Source: Podarcis melisellensis
Lineage: Eukaryota
DNA length: 64,000 nucleotides
Assembly (NCBI GenBank): GCA_964234715.1
Contig: OZ174278.1
Reading direction: 5' to 3' (one strand)
In this document: positions 1 through 12,234 of the stretch, in pieces
Layout of the letters: each line of letters starts with the position of its first letter
Position numbering within the stretch: position 1 is the stretch's first letter
The notes under the pieces: generated by a model
What the model was told of the DNA's origin: nothing
Databases searched by the model: none
What the model saw: the letters and a program-made list of their open reading frames with translations, nothing else
Made by a program: the position numbers and the translations under genes

Positions 1-86
1 CAGGATCACCCAGCGAGCTTCCCGGCCAAGTGGGGATTTGAACCGTGGCCTCCCAGGTCCTAGCATAGCACTCCAACCACTGCACC
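1..86 (-). mobile_element. tRNA-derived SINE 5' part (Squam3/MIR-like), cut by the window edge
   Basis: 'ggggatttgaacc' (reverse B box) and 'aaccactgcacc' (reverse A box) resemble the longer copy at 33589-33835. Confidence 0.6.
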
Positions 87-552
87 TGAATGAGTGATGG
101 AGTTCTCAAATCAAAGTCCCATCCATCAAGGTCAAAGCAAATGTGACCTTGGGGCATATTGAAAACCCTCAGGGCTGTCAGACGTGGAGGAGAATCAACC
201 CCCAAGCCCTGAGAATGCAGGTGCCGAAAGGTCTGGGCCTGGGCTGATGAGCAACAACAGAGTATGAATTTACAGAGCCAGAGTAATTATTTGACTGGAA
301 AGGAGAGATCTCCTGAAGAACCAAGTGTCTCCTCAAGAACAAGCAACTCCTAAAATACCTTTATCCCTGGCAGCTGTGATTTATGAGGCCAGATTTCATC
401 AGATCTTCATTCTAAACCTTCCAGTTGCAAGAAGCAGCACTGATCGTTGCCACCTCGGATTTAGGGTTCACAGTGTGTTGTACCTTCCCTGGATTGTCTT
501 TGGTGTTAACCTGGTGCTGATGCCTGCCTGTGCCTTTGGGTTATATTTTTAT

Positions 553-601
553 GGAATCATAGAACTGTAGAGTTGGAAGGTACCCCAAGGTTCATATAGT
601 C
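553..601 (-). mobile_element. CR1 LINE 3' tail
   Basis: 'gaatcatagaactgtagagttggaagg' is the reverse complement of the CR1 3' terminus with its (ATTCTATG)n-type tail. Confidence 0.75.
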
Positions 602-1180
602 CAGCCATGTCCAACACGTTGATCACGATCGACCATTCGATCAAGGGATTGATTTTCATCAATTGGGGGGGGGGGAGAGAGAGAGAGAAACCCTGTGCGC
701 TCCGACAGGCTCCTCAGAAAGAAAGGGCTAGTTTAGAGAGTTTGACTTGAACAGGGAGCTTCTGTTCCCAATGGAAATCTCTTTGGTGTTGTCCCTGCAG
801 GCTGAACCTACTGGGGGCAACTCACCACCTGCCATCAGGCTCACTCTTGTGAGCCTCACCTGCAGGCCTTTGTGCTATGGTTTCTTGTCAATCCCAGTCC
901 AGCTACAGTTTACTGGAAAAGGAGCAGCAGCCACAGAGAGAAGGGGGAGGGCAGAAGTTGTTGAAGTGTCACTCCTTACTTCCTCTGCTGCTGCTCCCTT
1001 CCTGTTGTTTGAGTTAATTTGTATGAAGTTAATTTGAATTTCAATAGTCTGCATGAATTTCTGACCTCATCCGTATTGTAGAGTCACACTGAAGTCTTAA
1101 TTCTTGTGCTGCAATAAAGGGGGAAACACTGTAGTTTTTGTTTAACATAAAAGGAAAATAATTTAGTTGCTCTGTGAATG
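602..1180. mobile_element. hAT (Charlie-like) non-autonomous element fragment; right boundary uncertain
   Basis: Starts 'cagccatgtccaacacgttgatcacgatcgacc', similar to the reverse complement of the right end of the MITE at 18745-19185. Confidence 0.45.
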
Positions 1181-3184
1181 CCTTTTTGCCTTAATCACTG
1201 AGAGATCTGCAGGATGATTATGTCAAATTGTCTTATTTTTCTCGTTTAAGGCAGAAAAAAGAATAATTCAGGATGGCATCCTTTTTCATTTATGCTACTT
1301 CACATATTCAAATGCAGCACCTTCTAAACAGAATCAAGAAAATGAGCTGTGATGATGAATCACGTTTGAAAACTATGTATACACAAAATCTATTTTGCAT
1401 TATGTTATTCTAAACACACTTTGACAGGCTCTTAACTAAAGTATACTTCTGAAAGGAAAGTATGTTGCATATGGGTACCATTTCATTTTCCACATGTTAA
1501 ATTCCCCTTACCAAAATATATCTATGGGAAAGATGTACAGAGCAATCCTATAAAAAGATCCACCAGAATCAGAGGGGCTGGGATCCAGCAGATCTCTAGT
1601 TGAGTGAGGAGGTTTCTGGTGCGGCCAGACTATGCCAGCTTAACTCCCTCATCCTGGGGGTGGAAGGCAGAGCAAGAGTGAAATGTTCAGAACAGGAAAG
1701 TTAAGAGGGTGGGAGCTCCTCTGACGCCCCCAGCCCAGGCTGTTGAGCAATGGAAGGGAGGAGTAATAGTTGGCAGCTATAGAGAGAGCAGATATTAAAG
1801 GCAGGCAGGCAGGCAGGTGAAGTCAGGATAGCAGGCAGAGAGAAGCATTTGGAAAATAAGCTGGAAGGAGTTGCTGGAAAGAAAAACACACAACAGCACA
1901 CAGGTAAGAACTTCTGAGAGCTCTGAAGTGAGAACTCTGCAAATATCAGACAGCAGCACTGGGGATTTACTAGAAGAGGCTTCAGGAGTGAACTACCTTC
2001 AGCTGCAACCCTTCCAAAGAAACAATTTCTTAAGAAGTTAGTGACCAAGCTAGTCTACTTCTTTTCACTGTCCGATAACTGATGGAAGAGTCTCCTTCCC
2101 CCTTGGACCTTCATGCTCTGCCTTCATAAAGATGCCCTAGGAAGGTTATAAACAGACGATTATTAGTGGAGTCACCACAGGCATACCCAGCTGGCCACTA
2201 CTGGATTTCTATCCGCAAAAAGTATTGGATTGTTGCCTCAGTTTTAGGGTAAAGGGCACAGTATACTGAAAAATTGACTAAAAGTTTAATTTATCCTGTT
2301 TTAAAGTTTTTTATCCTATCTGAAAGAGACCCTTTCGAGTCAAGGGTCAGAGTAAAAATTAATTAATAAAAAGAAGTATTATGTATTTTCCTCTTCAATT
2401 TTCAGTGAAGAAGCTAAAGTGTTTGATGCACTTGTTATCTGTAAAGTAAGAAACTTATATGTTTAAAGGATAGATCATACATTTCATTTCTTCTTGTATT
2501 TTTATGAAGGAATCCAAATAGAAGAAAAGAGTTAAACAGTCTTTAAAAACAACAAGCCAATGTGGATTTTGAAACTAAGCCAAGTTAAGAGGAAATCTTC
2601 GTTAACACAAGGTAGATAAAATTCCAGTGTGTGTTTTCTCCTACCAAGCCCCAGGCTTAATAGCTGGAAATTCCTGTAGAGCAGAGGACTGTGAGTTGAA
2701 AATAATTGTAGAAATGGTTCTGGGCTTTATGAAATCTCAGTAGAAAGCCAAATCTCTTTCAGCAATTTACTGACATCTCCAGAATGTTCTTTCCATCGAT
2801 CTTTTTCTTCCCCAGGATTTTCTTCCTCTTGTTATCTAAGTACCAATTCTCTGGGGGTAACCTGGGCTTACATTTCATCTACCCTAGATTTCATCTGTGT
2901 GCCCCTCTCATTAGGGATCAAGCTAATGTTTACTTTCTGCTTTTTCTTAGCTCATTATAAAAGCAATATTTCCAAAAGCCTGAACGCTCTCAGCTGGAAT
3001 ACAGCATTCAATCTTTAGAAGCAGAGTTTGAAGATGAAGCGAGGGGGAGAGAGAGAAACGTACTTTTCAAATCTGCAAATCAAATGCTTGACTTGCTGGG
3101 CTGAACCTGCACATTCAGATGTGCAACAATCACTTGCAAAATAAGTTGATTAATTTTTCTGCTTCAAACACCATACTAGCAAAG

Positions 3185-3568
3185 TTCTTCTTCTTTGGCG
3201 ATCACTCATAGCTGAGTAAGATTGTCTTCCATGAACACGGTCTTATATATGAGTCCGTAAGTGTGGAGGCTAATTCTGGATCCAGACATCCTTCCAAAGT
3301 GGGGACATGGGTTTCTGGGAGGGAGTTGATCACTATGAGGGTTTGCCAAGCATGCCTTCCTCTTAGCGCGTTTCTCCCTTTCGTCCTGAGTTTGTCAAAA
3401 CCTATGACACCTTTGGTAAAGGCTGTTCTCCAACTGGAGCGCTCGCAGGCCAGTGTTTCCCAGTTGTCAGTGTTTATACTACATTTTTTTAGATTTGCCT
3501 TGAGAGTGTCTTTGAACCTCTTTTGTTGACCACCAGCATTACACTTTCCAATTTTAAGTTCGGAGTAG
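3185..3568 (-). mobile_element. RTE-clade LINE 3' fragment
   Basis: Minus-strand translation 'YSELKIGK..GGQQKRFKDTLKANLKKCSINTDNWETLACERSSWR' matches the RTE ORF C-terminus; short (GAA)n tail at 3185-3195. Confidence 0.85.
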
Positions 3569-4019
3569 TAGTAATTGCATACCATCCAACTTTTTCAAGT
3601 CCTAAACTGGGATCCACATCTTCACACCCACCTAGCATTTGCAGAAATCACAAGTGGAGTAAATGTGTGCGGATGGGCAAATAGGAACTTGAGTGCTCAA
3701 AAAATCTGTGATAACACCATGATGAACATCCCGGAAGGTTACAAGTAGCTGGAAGTGCAGGAGGAAGCATCTGGAACCCAAGAGAAGGCAGTTTCCATAA
3801 AAAGAATCTTGAGAAAAGAAGACTTGGAGGGGGGGGGGGGAATGACAATAGCTTTCAAGTATTTTCCAGGATGGTTTTTTTTAAAAAAACAAAACCTGAA
3901 GTAAGGAGATAATTTTGAACTCATTAAAGAAGTGTCATAAAATGACTGTGAAGCCTAACAGCAGTAAGGTTATGCATATGGCTATGCATTTTTCACAGTG
4001 GGAAAGAGCAGAACACAGA

Positions 4020-4022
<3 letters not shown>

Positions 4023-4070
<48 letters not shown>
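4023..4070. repeat. (CT)n microsatellite
   Basis: About 24 uninterrupted CT units. Confidence 0.95.
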
Positions 4071-4074
<4 letters not shown>

Positions 4075-5783
4075 CCTCCCTCAGAGCACAGAACAAAGGC
4101 CAGGGTTCAACAAAGTTTTATTCAGAGTAGATCTGTTGAAGTGGTTGAATGTGCCTGAGGGATTCTCCACACTTCTGGTCACCCTGTGATTTCTAGGCCT
4201 GGGTCTGAGAGGAAAACCCACTGCTTACTGTTGAATTGGAACAAATGTGAATCAAGTTTCCTGTGGAGAGATGTTTGCTCCAGTCCCAGGGAAAGCAGTG
4301 GGGCAAAAGGAAAATCTGTCGGACCTGCGTCTAGAAATCATGGGACAAAGTCTGGATGAGCTTTCAGTTAGGATCATTAATTGCAGTGGATTTACTCTGA
4401 GTAAAACATAAACAGGAAGTCAAAGAACATGAAGAGAGAAAAACAGCAGCATCTCAGTGGATGTGGCATTACTGTACAACATTATTGAAAATGGAATGTG
4501 TCAAAATGACCATGACATTAATAAAGAAATGCTGGAAAAGCAGAGGTCCCAGTTTTACTTTCATCACTCTTTGTCTGTGGGATTGCCAACTTTTGCAATG
4601 CGTTTTCCTGAAACTTTTTTTGATGTGTCTAGATCTAGCCCACTGCTTTTAGATGTTCTGTTTTCTAGACCTGGAAGACCGGCTCGCTGCCTAGCAGCCC
4701 TTTCCCCACCTAGCCTGGGAGGGCAGGGCCCAGACTGATTCCAGCTACAAAAGCTGAGGCTGCTGGATAGTCTCTTGGGCAGAGGGGACTTCGACAAACC
4801 AAGTTTTGTTTGTTGCTACCAAAACTAGAACAACAGAAAACAAAGTAGTTGGAAACGTAAACTCCATCCACCAAGCAGCAAATTACTTCATGAGGAAATT
4901 ATAGTGATTTGCATTCTCGCAGAGCAGAGCTGTTAATTGAAATAAATTAGCAGAAAATTAAAATAGGTTCCAGCGAGAGTCTTCCTGTGTCATATTGCAC
5001 TCCATTTGGCTTACCACATACAAAAGTCTCCGCATTCTTCTTGAGAACTAAGGGCAGGCAAAGCAATCTTGCAATAGGGAACTCCCCCCCCCCCCCATTA
5101 ACTGACACTTCTCTCCTGGGTAGTGTTGCACTGATCAAACCTATTAGTAACAAGCATATTTTCTTTTCCGGGACAGCGTTTGTCTCCCCCTATGCACACT
5201 TAACGGTACATATCTGTGAACTGTATGTAAGAATCAGAGCAGCTGTTTCTGAACTAATTGTCACTGGCCCAGTTTGGAGGATGAATGAAGATAAGATGCC
5301 ACTACAGCCAGGGCCAGCACAAGATGCTCTGCCACCTGAAGCAGAGTTGCCTGTGCATCACCCACACACAGTGACCTCCATCTCCTGCGCCCTGCTAGTC
5401 CCCCCCCCCCCACTGATGCTCTGCACAGTCCCACACCTGGCAGGGCCTCACTCTAACAAAGAACCCTGCAAAATGGGGGGCTCTTCCAAAATGCCTACTC
5501 TGCTGCTGCTTTCCCACAGCAGCAATTGCTCCCTGTTCTTAAGGTGTTTTCCTTCTGGTTCAATTAAACGTATGAACAATCCTTATAGATTATATGCAGC
5601 ATTATTTCTATTATTCCAAGCAGAATTATACATGTCATCATACGTCTAATATTATTTGTATATGATATGCATTTAGACTCTGAATTTACTAAAGAAACCA
5701 GCACTTGAACAGATACATGCAACAATGCACATAACTGTATAAAAATACCTCTGTATTTACAAAATTATTTTTTTTGTATTTAC

Positions 5784-5902
5784 AAAAGTATATTATCTCA
5801 TATTATGAAATATTATGAAAATATCTCATATTATGTGAAATGTAGTAACACATAATATGAGATATTTTCATAATATTTCATAATATGAGATAATATACTT
5901 TT
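5784..5902. repeat. Perfect AT-rich inverted repeat: 54-bp arms, 11-nt spacer
   Basis: 5784-5837 is the exact reverse complement of 5849-5902; spacer is aaatgtagtaa. Confidence 0.95.
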
Positions 5903-7710
5903 CCATGTACATTTTTGTAGTTTTCTATACATTTTTTTTACACTTTAAGGAGGGCGAAGGCTTGGACATAAAAGAGTGCTTGATGCAAGATGTGGCAATG
6001 TGGACAAAGCTCGATTTAATTCAACACCTCAAATCTTAATTACATTCTGGCACTAGCCTTGTCATTTAAACTTGTAGCATGAAATACAAATCCTATCAAA
6101 GGAAAGGAAAGAAGTACCTAGCCTTTGCTTGATTATTGCCCTCATTCTCTTACCTTCTCTATACTAATCTGCCACAAAAAGCTTGAAGGCCTCATGTTAT
6201 TCTCATTCAGTGGCCAGAGCAAGGAGGACCCATCAGTTGTTCCAGAAGATAATGTCGCTCCTGCACCCCCCACTCCGCTACACCTCTGGGTGGAGGAACG
6301 TATATTTTGCTCACAGATGATTCTGGTTCAATCCTCAGCATTCCCAGTGAAAACATTATGTGGAAAGCAGGGCTGCAAGGAGTGTCTCTGCCAACTAAAT
6401 TATGCAATATTAGCAGTGCCAGCCCAAGACATTCTGCTGTCCAAAGCAGAGTCCAAATTACACATATATACCAAAAGCCCTTACTGTAACCTACAGATAC
6501 CAGTTCCTGCTTTTGCCGACAGTCACTACCCCTGCAGTGGTTCGTGGTGCAGCACAGGTGAGGTGGCATCGCTCCCCTGGCTTCCCAACCCCCCAGTGAC
6601 ACTGCTGGTTACGGAAAGGGAGATGGGGTCAATAGAAGGACGAGGGCTGGCAATTGGATGGCACAGTGATGCAGCCAATCTGGCATGGCCACACGCCCTG
6701 CCACCTCACTGCCCTCCGCCTCAGCAGCTGGCAGCGATGTTCAGTCTTTGGAAGTCAGGTGAGCATTGGTGCCCTGCTGTCTCCCACTGCCCTGCTCTTT
6801 GTGGTGCCTGGCGGAGGCTCAAATGCCAGTACTCTTTGCTTGGGACTGTTAAGCCGAGGCACCAGGCTGCATTTGGCTGCATGCCTTTCGTCCAATTTGA
6901 TATTTGTATCCTGCTCAAGTCTGCATTATATTAACTAATAAAATGAGGAGGAATGAATTGTGGGATCATGTGTGATTTGATCCTTACCATTACTCAGCTT
7001 CCTATGTCTGCATGCTATAGGAATGCAGAAGTCCATCATCCCATGTCGCTGATTAAAGGAGACTGGCATCCAGACTGAACTTCACCTTTGATAAGAACTG
7101 AATTTGTATGCAGATTTGTTCCCTCCCCACAGCCCAGAATAACCAGCACTGCATGTTCTGCTGGATAATAAGCAGAGGTATGAGAGCACTTAAAGTTCTT
7201 ATTGCATTAAAAGTTTTAAGACTGGATCAGCTCAACTGTACTGAATGCTGACAGCATTAATGGACACCAAGTGAACAAACCCATCTCCTGTTTCATTAAA
7301 GCATTAACTTTTCCAATTAAAGTTCAGCTTTTTAAAAGTCAATTTACATAGGCATCATCCTAAAACAAATAGAAATGCAATTTATCACTATTTCAGCTTT
7401 CTGAAACATTATCATGATGAACTTATTCACTGTCACAGTTACTGAAGTAGAACTTAGATAAAGAATTTGATTAGATAAGAAAATGGAGAGAAGCTTAACA
7501 TTTTACAAACCGCAGCAAAGGTGTTTGACCTACTTGAAATGCTGTATTTGCTACTTAATTCCCCTTCAGGCTGGCTCTGTCGTCTCTTGATGAGGCAGCC
7601 TGTAAAACAAAGCCTCCTAGTACCTGCAGTGGTTGACATTTCCCAAGGCTGGCTGCTACATTCATCTCTTCATGAGACATCATAGGGAAAGAAGCCTCCC
7701 AGAACCTGTA

Positions 7711-8009
7711 AGTAAAATAAAGTAAAGGGACCCCTGACCATTAGGTCCAGTCGTGACCGACTCTGGGGTTGCGGCACTCATCTCACTTTATTGGCTGAGG
7801 GAGTCATGTGGCCAGCATGACTAAGCCGCTTCTGGTGAACCAGAGCAGCGCACGGAAATGCCGTTTACCTTCCCGCCGGTGTGCTTTCGAACTGCTAGGT
7901 TGGCAGGAGCAGGGACCGAGCAACGGGAGCTCACCCCATTGCAGGGATTCGAACTGCCGGCCTTCCGATTGGCAAGTCCTAGGCTCTGTGGACACGCCAC
8001 CCGTGTCCC
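7711..8009 (-). mobile_element. Sauria SINE (Squam1) with internal deletions
   Basis: tRNA-like head at the right end, (ACCTTT)-like tail at the left end; 13-bp TSD cccagaacctgta at 7698-7710 and 8010-8022. Confidence 0.9.
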
Positions 8010-8685
8010 CCCAGAACCTGTAGTGATTGTCAATTCCCAAAGCTGCAACAGGCATTTGATCCTCATCCTGACAGCAGCATAGCGCTTCATGGTTTATTTA
8101 TGTTATTTTATTGCTAGAGAGAACAAGGAAAGCCGTGTCCCATATCTTTTCCTTCCTTGTTGTCTTCTCTGCACTCACCGGCAGGTGGAGAATAGAAACA
8201 TTATTCCCCGCAGGGAAGATCCTGCCTAGCATAGAGATGTTAATGCATTGTCATCTGCTTTGCATAGCTTGGCTCTGCCCTCCTCAAGCTGGATTCAGAT
8301 GCCGTGGTAAGACACACCAACTTCTGCCATCTGTTAGCATACAGAGAGAACATACCAAATTTCCTGCCTAAATTTCACAAATGGAATCCTTACTCTGTTT
8401 GCTTTGAACACATCTCCATACACATCTGAAATCTACTTTCAGGGAGGAAGCCCTTCCAGAACATCAAGATTTAGCTACTTTATCTCTAGTGCTAGAGAAA
8501 TTTAGGAATGGGAAATAAATTTGATTTAGTTTGTATTCAAAGGTGAACCTAGCTAATCCTCACTTTCTAAGACAGCACATGAAATAAAATGCACCAGCCT
8601 TCAAAATTTGCAGTTCTCTGATTTTTGCCATATACAAAAATGCATATACTACAGTAAAAGATGAATAAAATTCACATATTAGCTC

Positions 8686-9167
8686 AAGGGCATCTTGATC
8701 AAATTTGCAGATGACACCAAACTGGGAGGGGTGGCTAACACCCCAGAGGACAGGATCACACTTCAAAGCGACCTTGATGGATTAGAGAACTGGGCCAAAA
8801 CAAACAAGATTAATTTTAACTGGGAGAATTGTAAAGTATTGCACTTGGGCAAAAAAAATTGAGAGGCACAAATACAAGATGGGTGACACCTGGCTTGAGA
8901 GCAGTACATGTGAAAAGGATCTAGGAGTCTTGGTTGACCACAAACTTGACATGAGCCAACAGTGTGACGCAGTGTGACAGTAAGAGCTGTTTGACAGTGG
9001 AATTTGCTGCCAAGGAGTGTGGTGGGGTCTCCTTCTTTGGAGGCCTTTAAGCAGAGGCTTGACAACCATATGTCAGGAGTGCTCTGATGGTGTTTCCTGC
9101 TTGACAGGGGGTTGGACTCGATGGCCCTTGTGGTCTCTTCCAACTCCATGATTCTATGATTCTATGA
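8686..9167 (+). mobile_element. CR1 LINE fragment (end of RT plus 3' tail, internally deleted)
   Basis: Encodes 'LIKFADDTKLGGVAN'; ends in attctatgattctatga. Confidence 0.9.
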
Positions 9168-9479
9168 GAAATCAGTATGTAAATTAGCAGGGTTTTAATG
9201 TAGCCTTTTCCATGATATTCTCTTTGAACGGGTCACTTGCTTTTAATGTGGACAGCACCCAAATATGTGATTTCACCGGCATTCTGAACTGGTACATGTT
9301 TTATTAATCCGTAATGGATAAGTCCATCCTTACCTGGCACAGCATACAGCTCACGGCAACATGTGGAACCCAAGTGGGCCACCTGCAGCCCCTTGACACT
9401 GCCAGAACCTGCTCCATTTCCCCATCCAAGTGACTCTGCTGCTTCCATCTGAGCCGCACAAACTGCTTTCGTTTGATAT

Positions 9480-9618
9480 GAAACAGGCTTCAAGTTGCAT
9501 GAAAGGAGATTCTGACTAAACATCAGGAAGAACTTTCTGACAGTAAGAGCTGTTTGGCAGCGGAATGGACTACTACCAGAGGTTGTAGACTCTCCTTCCT
9601 TTAAACATTTTTAAAAGA
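9480..9618 (+). mobile_element. CR1 LINE 3' fragment
   Basis: 'ggcttcaagttgca...ctaaacatcaggaagaactttctgacagtaagagc' is shared with the CR1 copy at about 37010-37080. Confidence 0.8.
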
Positions 9619-10131
9619 ACTCTGCGCCCCTCCGAGTCCTCCTGGACAGCAGCAGCAGTCACAGCAACCGTCCTTATGAGGCCTGTCAGGCCCCGCCCTG
9701 GGCCAGGTGGTGAGTGGCAGGAGTGGGGCCCTCAGGCACTCATGCAGGGTGCTGCAACTATGAAATAGTCAGAGTGAATTGAGCAGAACAGAAGGCAAGA
9801 GGCCTCTATGGAGCTGGGGAGAAGCCTCTATGGCCTCACACAGGGCGCCACTGAATTTGAAAAACCAACGTTCATCCCTGTGTGTGTGTGCGCGCGCACA
9901 CACACATCTTCTCAAAGTGAGGGAGCCACCAAGAACACACAGCACAGTCGTTCCTAAATTCCTGTGTAGCCTAGAACTCTAATTTCTCTTCATGTGGAGA
10001 ACATTTAGGAAGGGGGCAGGCACACTCAGCCTCTCCCTCCCACCAGGAGTGCAGGGAGGGTTTGCATGACACACTTATACACTGCAGCCGACACATGAAC
10101 GTGTTGCGACAAACAGTTTGGGAAGCTCTGT

Positions 10132-10362
10132 TCTAGCATGTCAACTCTTAGTCGCCTTTTCTCAAAACTAAAAATTCCCAGGTCACACTCAATGCAGAGT
10201 TGCTTAACCCCCTTGATCATTTTGGTTGCTCTTCTTCAATGACTACTAAGCTTACTCAGGAGTCTTTGGTGAGATACCTTGTGGAAAACTTTTGGAAAGC
10301 CCAAATATACAATGTCACCCAGATCACATACATCTATTTGCTTGTTGACACTCTCAAAGACA
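10132..10362 (-). mobile_element. Degraded CR1 fragment, flanked by hAT-like MITE sequence on both sides
   Basis: Minus-strand translations 'FSFEKRRLRVDM' and 'VDVCDLGDIVYLGFPKVFHKVSHQRLLSKL' are CR1 RT-like; a TIR-like 'tttgggaagctctg' ends at about 10130. Confidence 0.7.
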
Positions 10363-10681
10363 CGTCGATCACAAGCCCCTTGTGGACCACAGGGTTGTTT
10401 TTGGTCGATTGCAGGGCCTTTCTCTGCAACCTCAGATGCAGCAGCAGCAGCCACCACTGCTGCCAGTCTCCTCAGGGATGCAACCCTGAGCAGCATGCGG
10501 GGCGATGGAGGAGGCATAAGGGAGCTGGGGAGAAGTCTGTGCAATGCTGCTGCTGGAAGAGGGGAGGTGGGCTCAGTCAGGGCGGCTGCCGAAGACCGAG
10601 AGAGGAAGAGGAAGGGAGGGCAGGCACTACTGGGATCCACATCAGCTGTGCGGCTCCCTTTGACAGGGGAGAGAGAGAAGC

Positions 10682-10813
10682 NNNNNNNNNNNNNNNNNNN
10701 NNNNNNNNNNNNNNNNNNNNNNNNNNNNNNNNNNNNNNNNNNNNNNNNNNNNNNNNNNNNNNNNNNNNNNNNNNNNNNNNNNNNNNNNNNNNNNNNNNNN
10801 NNNNNNNNNNNNN
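10682..10813. other. Assembly gap (N run)
   Basis: Run of n. Confidence 1.
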
Positions 10814-10934
10814 TCAGCTCTGTGCAAACTAATATAAAAATATAGTTTGACTTTTCTCACTTGTTTAGTTACTTGTCCATCTAGTAACTATTTGGATCTG
10901 TCATAATGATATCCAAACATAACTACTGTATCTG

Positions 10935-11345
10935 TGAAATAAAGAACCATTTATTTATTTCATAAACTTAAATGACTTCGGAAGGTGGTAAATCACTGCC
11001 AATTTTTGATACCTGTTGGTAGATCGCAGGCAATGTGCCTGGTTTAGGAGACAGGACTTGCCATTGAAGAAGCCATGCTGGTTCTTCAGTAAGAGTAGCT
11101 CTTCTATATGCTTGATCATTCTAGCTTTAATAATGTTTCCACCAGTTTTATTAGAGCAGATGTACAACCAACTAGCCTATAATTTCCCACAAATACCTCA
11201 CCCTGGATCCTTATTAAAAAGGGGGGGGGGAGGATTGGTGTTGTGTTGGATACTTTCTAGTCCTCAAGTGTGGAGGCTGATCTAAGGGACAAGTGACATA
11301 TTTCTGTTAAAAGATCACCAATTTCACGTCTGAGTTGTTTGAGAA
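10935..11345 (-). mobile_element. Degraded CR1 ORF2 fragment
   Basis: Minus-strand translation 'IKARMIKHIEELLLLKNQHGFFNGKSCLLN' contains the CR1 RT QHGF...SC motif. Confidence 0.75.
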
Positions 11346-12234
11346 CTCTCAGCTAGATGCCATCCAGAACGGGCAATTTGTCTATCCCCCCCCCCCATTA
11401 AGCCTAGAAGTTCATCTCCCCTCGCCGCTATCTACCTCATCACCTCAGATGCCCTTCCTTCAAAAGCTAATTCAGGCACTGGGATCTGTGAAGACAGATA
11501 TAAGGCTTTCTTCAGCTTCTCTGCCATCTCCTGTCCTGATCTTTCAGCTCTTTCTCTCTATTTGCAGACAGGTTTATTTATTTATTCCTGTTCATTTCTA
11601 TCCTGCATTTCCTCCCAATGGAATCCCAGCGCAGTTAGCAGTACAAATTGCAATAACTACTGTACAAACATTTCACTAGTTAAAACTTTTCTTTCATATC
11701 TGGCTCTCCACACTTCAACATAAACCCATGCTTATTTTTCCTTTGCTTCTTTAAAAAAATGTAACTCTTTCCCTCTCTGGGTTTCCTCTTCTTCCCCATT
11801 TGCAGTTCTCTCTGCAGTCTGATCTTAAATAGTAGCATTTTTTCCCCAGAATATATTTTTGCCTGCAGATATTTTTACCTCCTCTCTACAGATGCTGACT
11901 CAAAAAACTTGGTAACGCTGCAAGCCTACTTTGTGGTGAAAGAATCCTCTAATGCCATTGCAGGAGCATTCGTTTTAACTCTTTTTAAAAACAAAAATCC
12001 AGTTACTAGCAATAAAAACAACAACATTAATAATGGTGTCTCGTCTACCTCACTCCTCTTTTCTGCCACATAGGAAAAGATTAAATGGGTCTAGACAGAC
12101 TGATAACATTTCTTCTTCAAGATCTTACCGGCTTCTTTGGACTGGTAGGACCATAGAGTTTTCCACAGACAAGAGACTAAGAGGAGGACAGCTGTCCATT
12201 GCTGTATGATACGTACAAAATAAGTATATGAAAA

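Noticed and set aside
4987-5649. 220-aa ORF
   Set aside because: No recognisable domain, runs through poly-C tracts, and has no convincing exon structure; likely a chance ORF.
6125-6934. 269-aa ORF
   Set aside because: Non-ATG start, no motifs, and it crosses a GC-rich repeat-like block; no evidence of coding.
10200-10860. Long ORFs near and across the first gap (also those at 50289-50657)
   Set aside because: Length is inflated by N runs and GC-rich MITE sequence.
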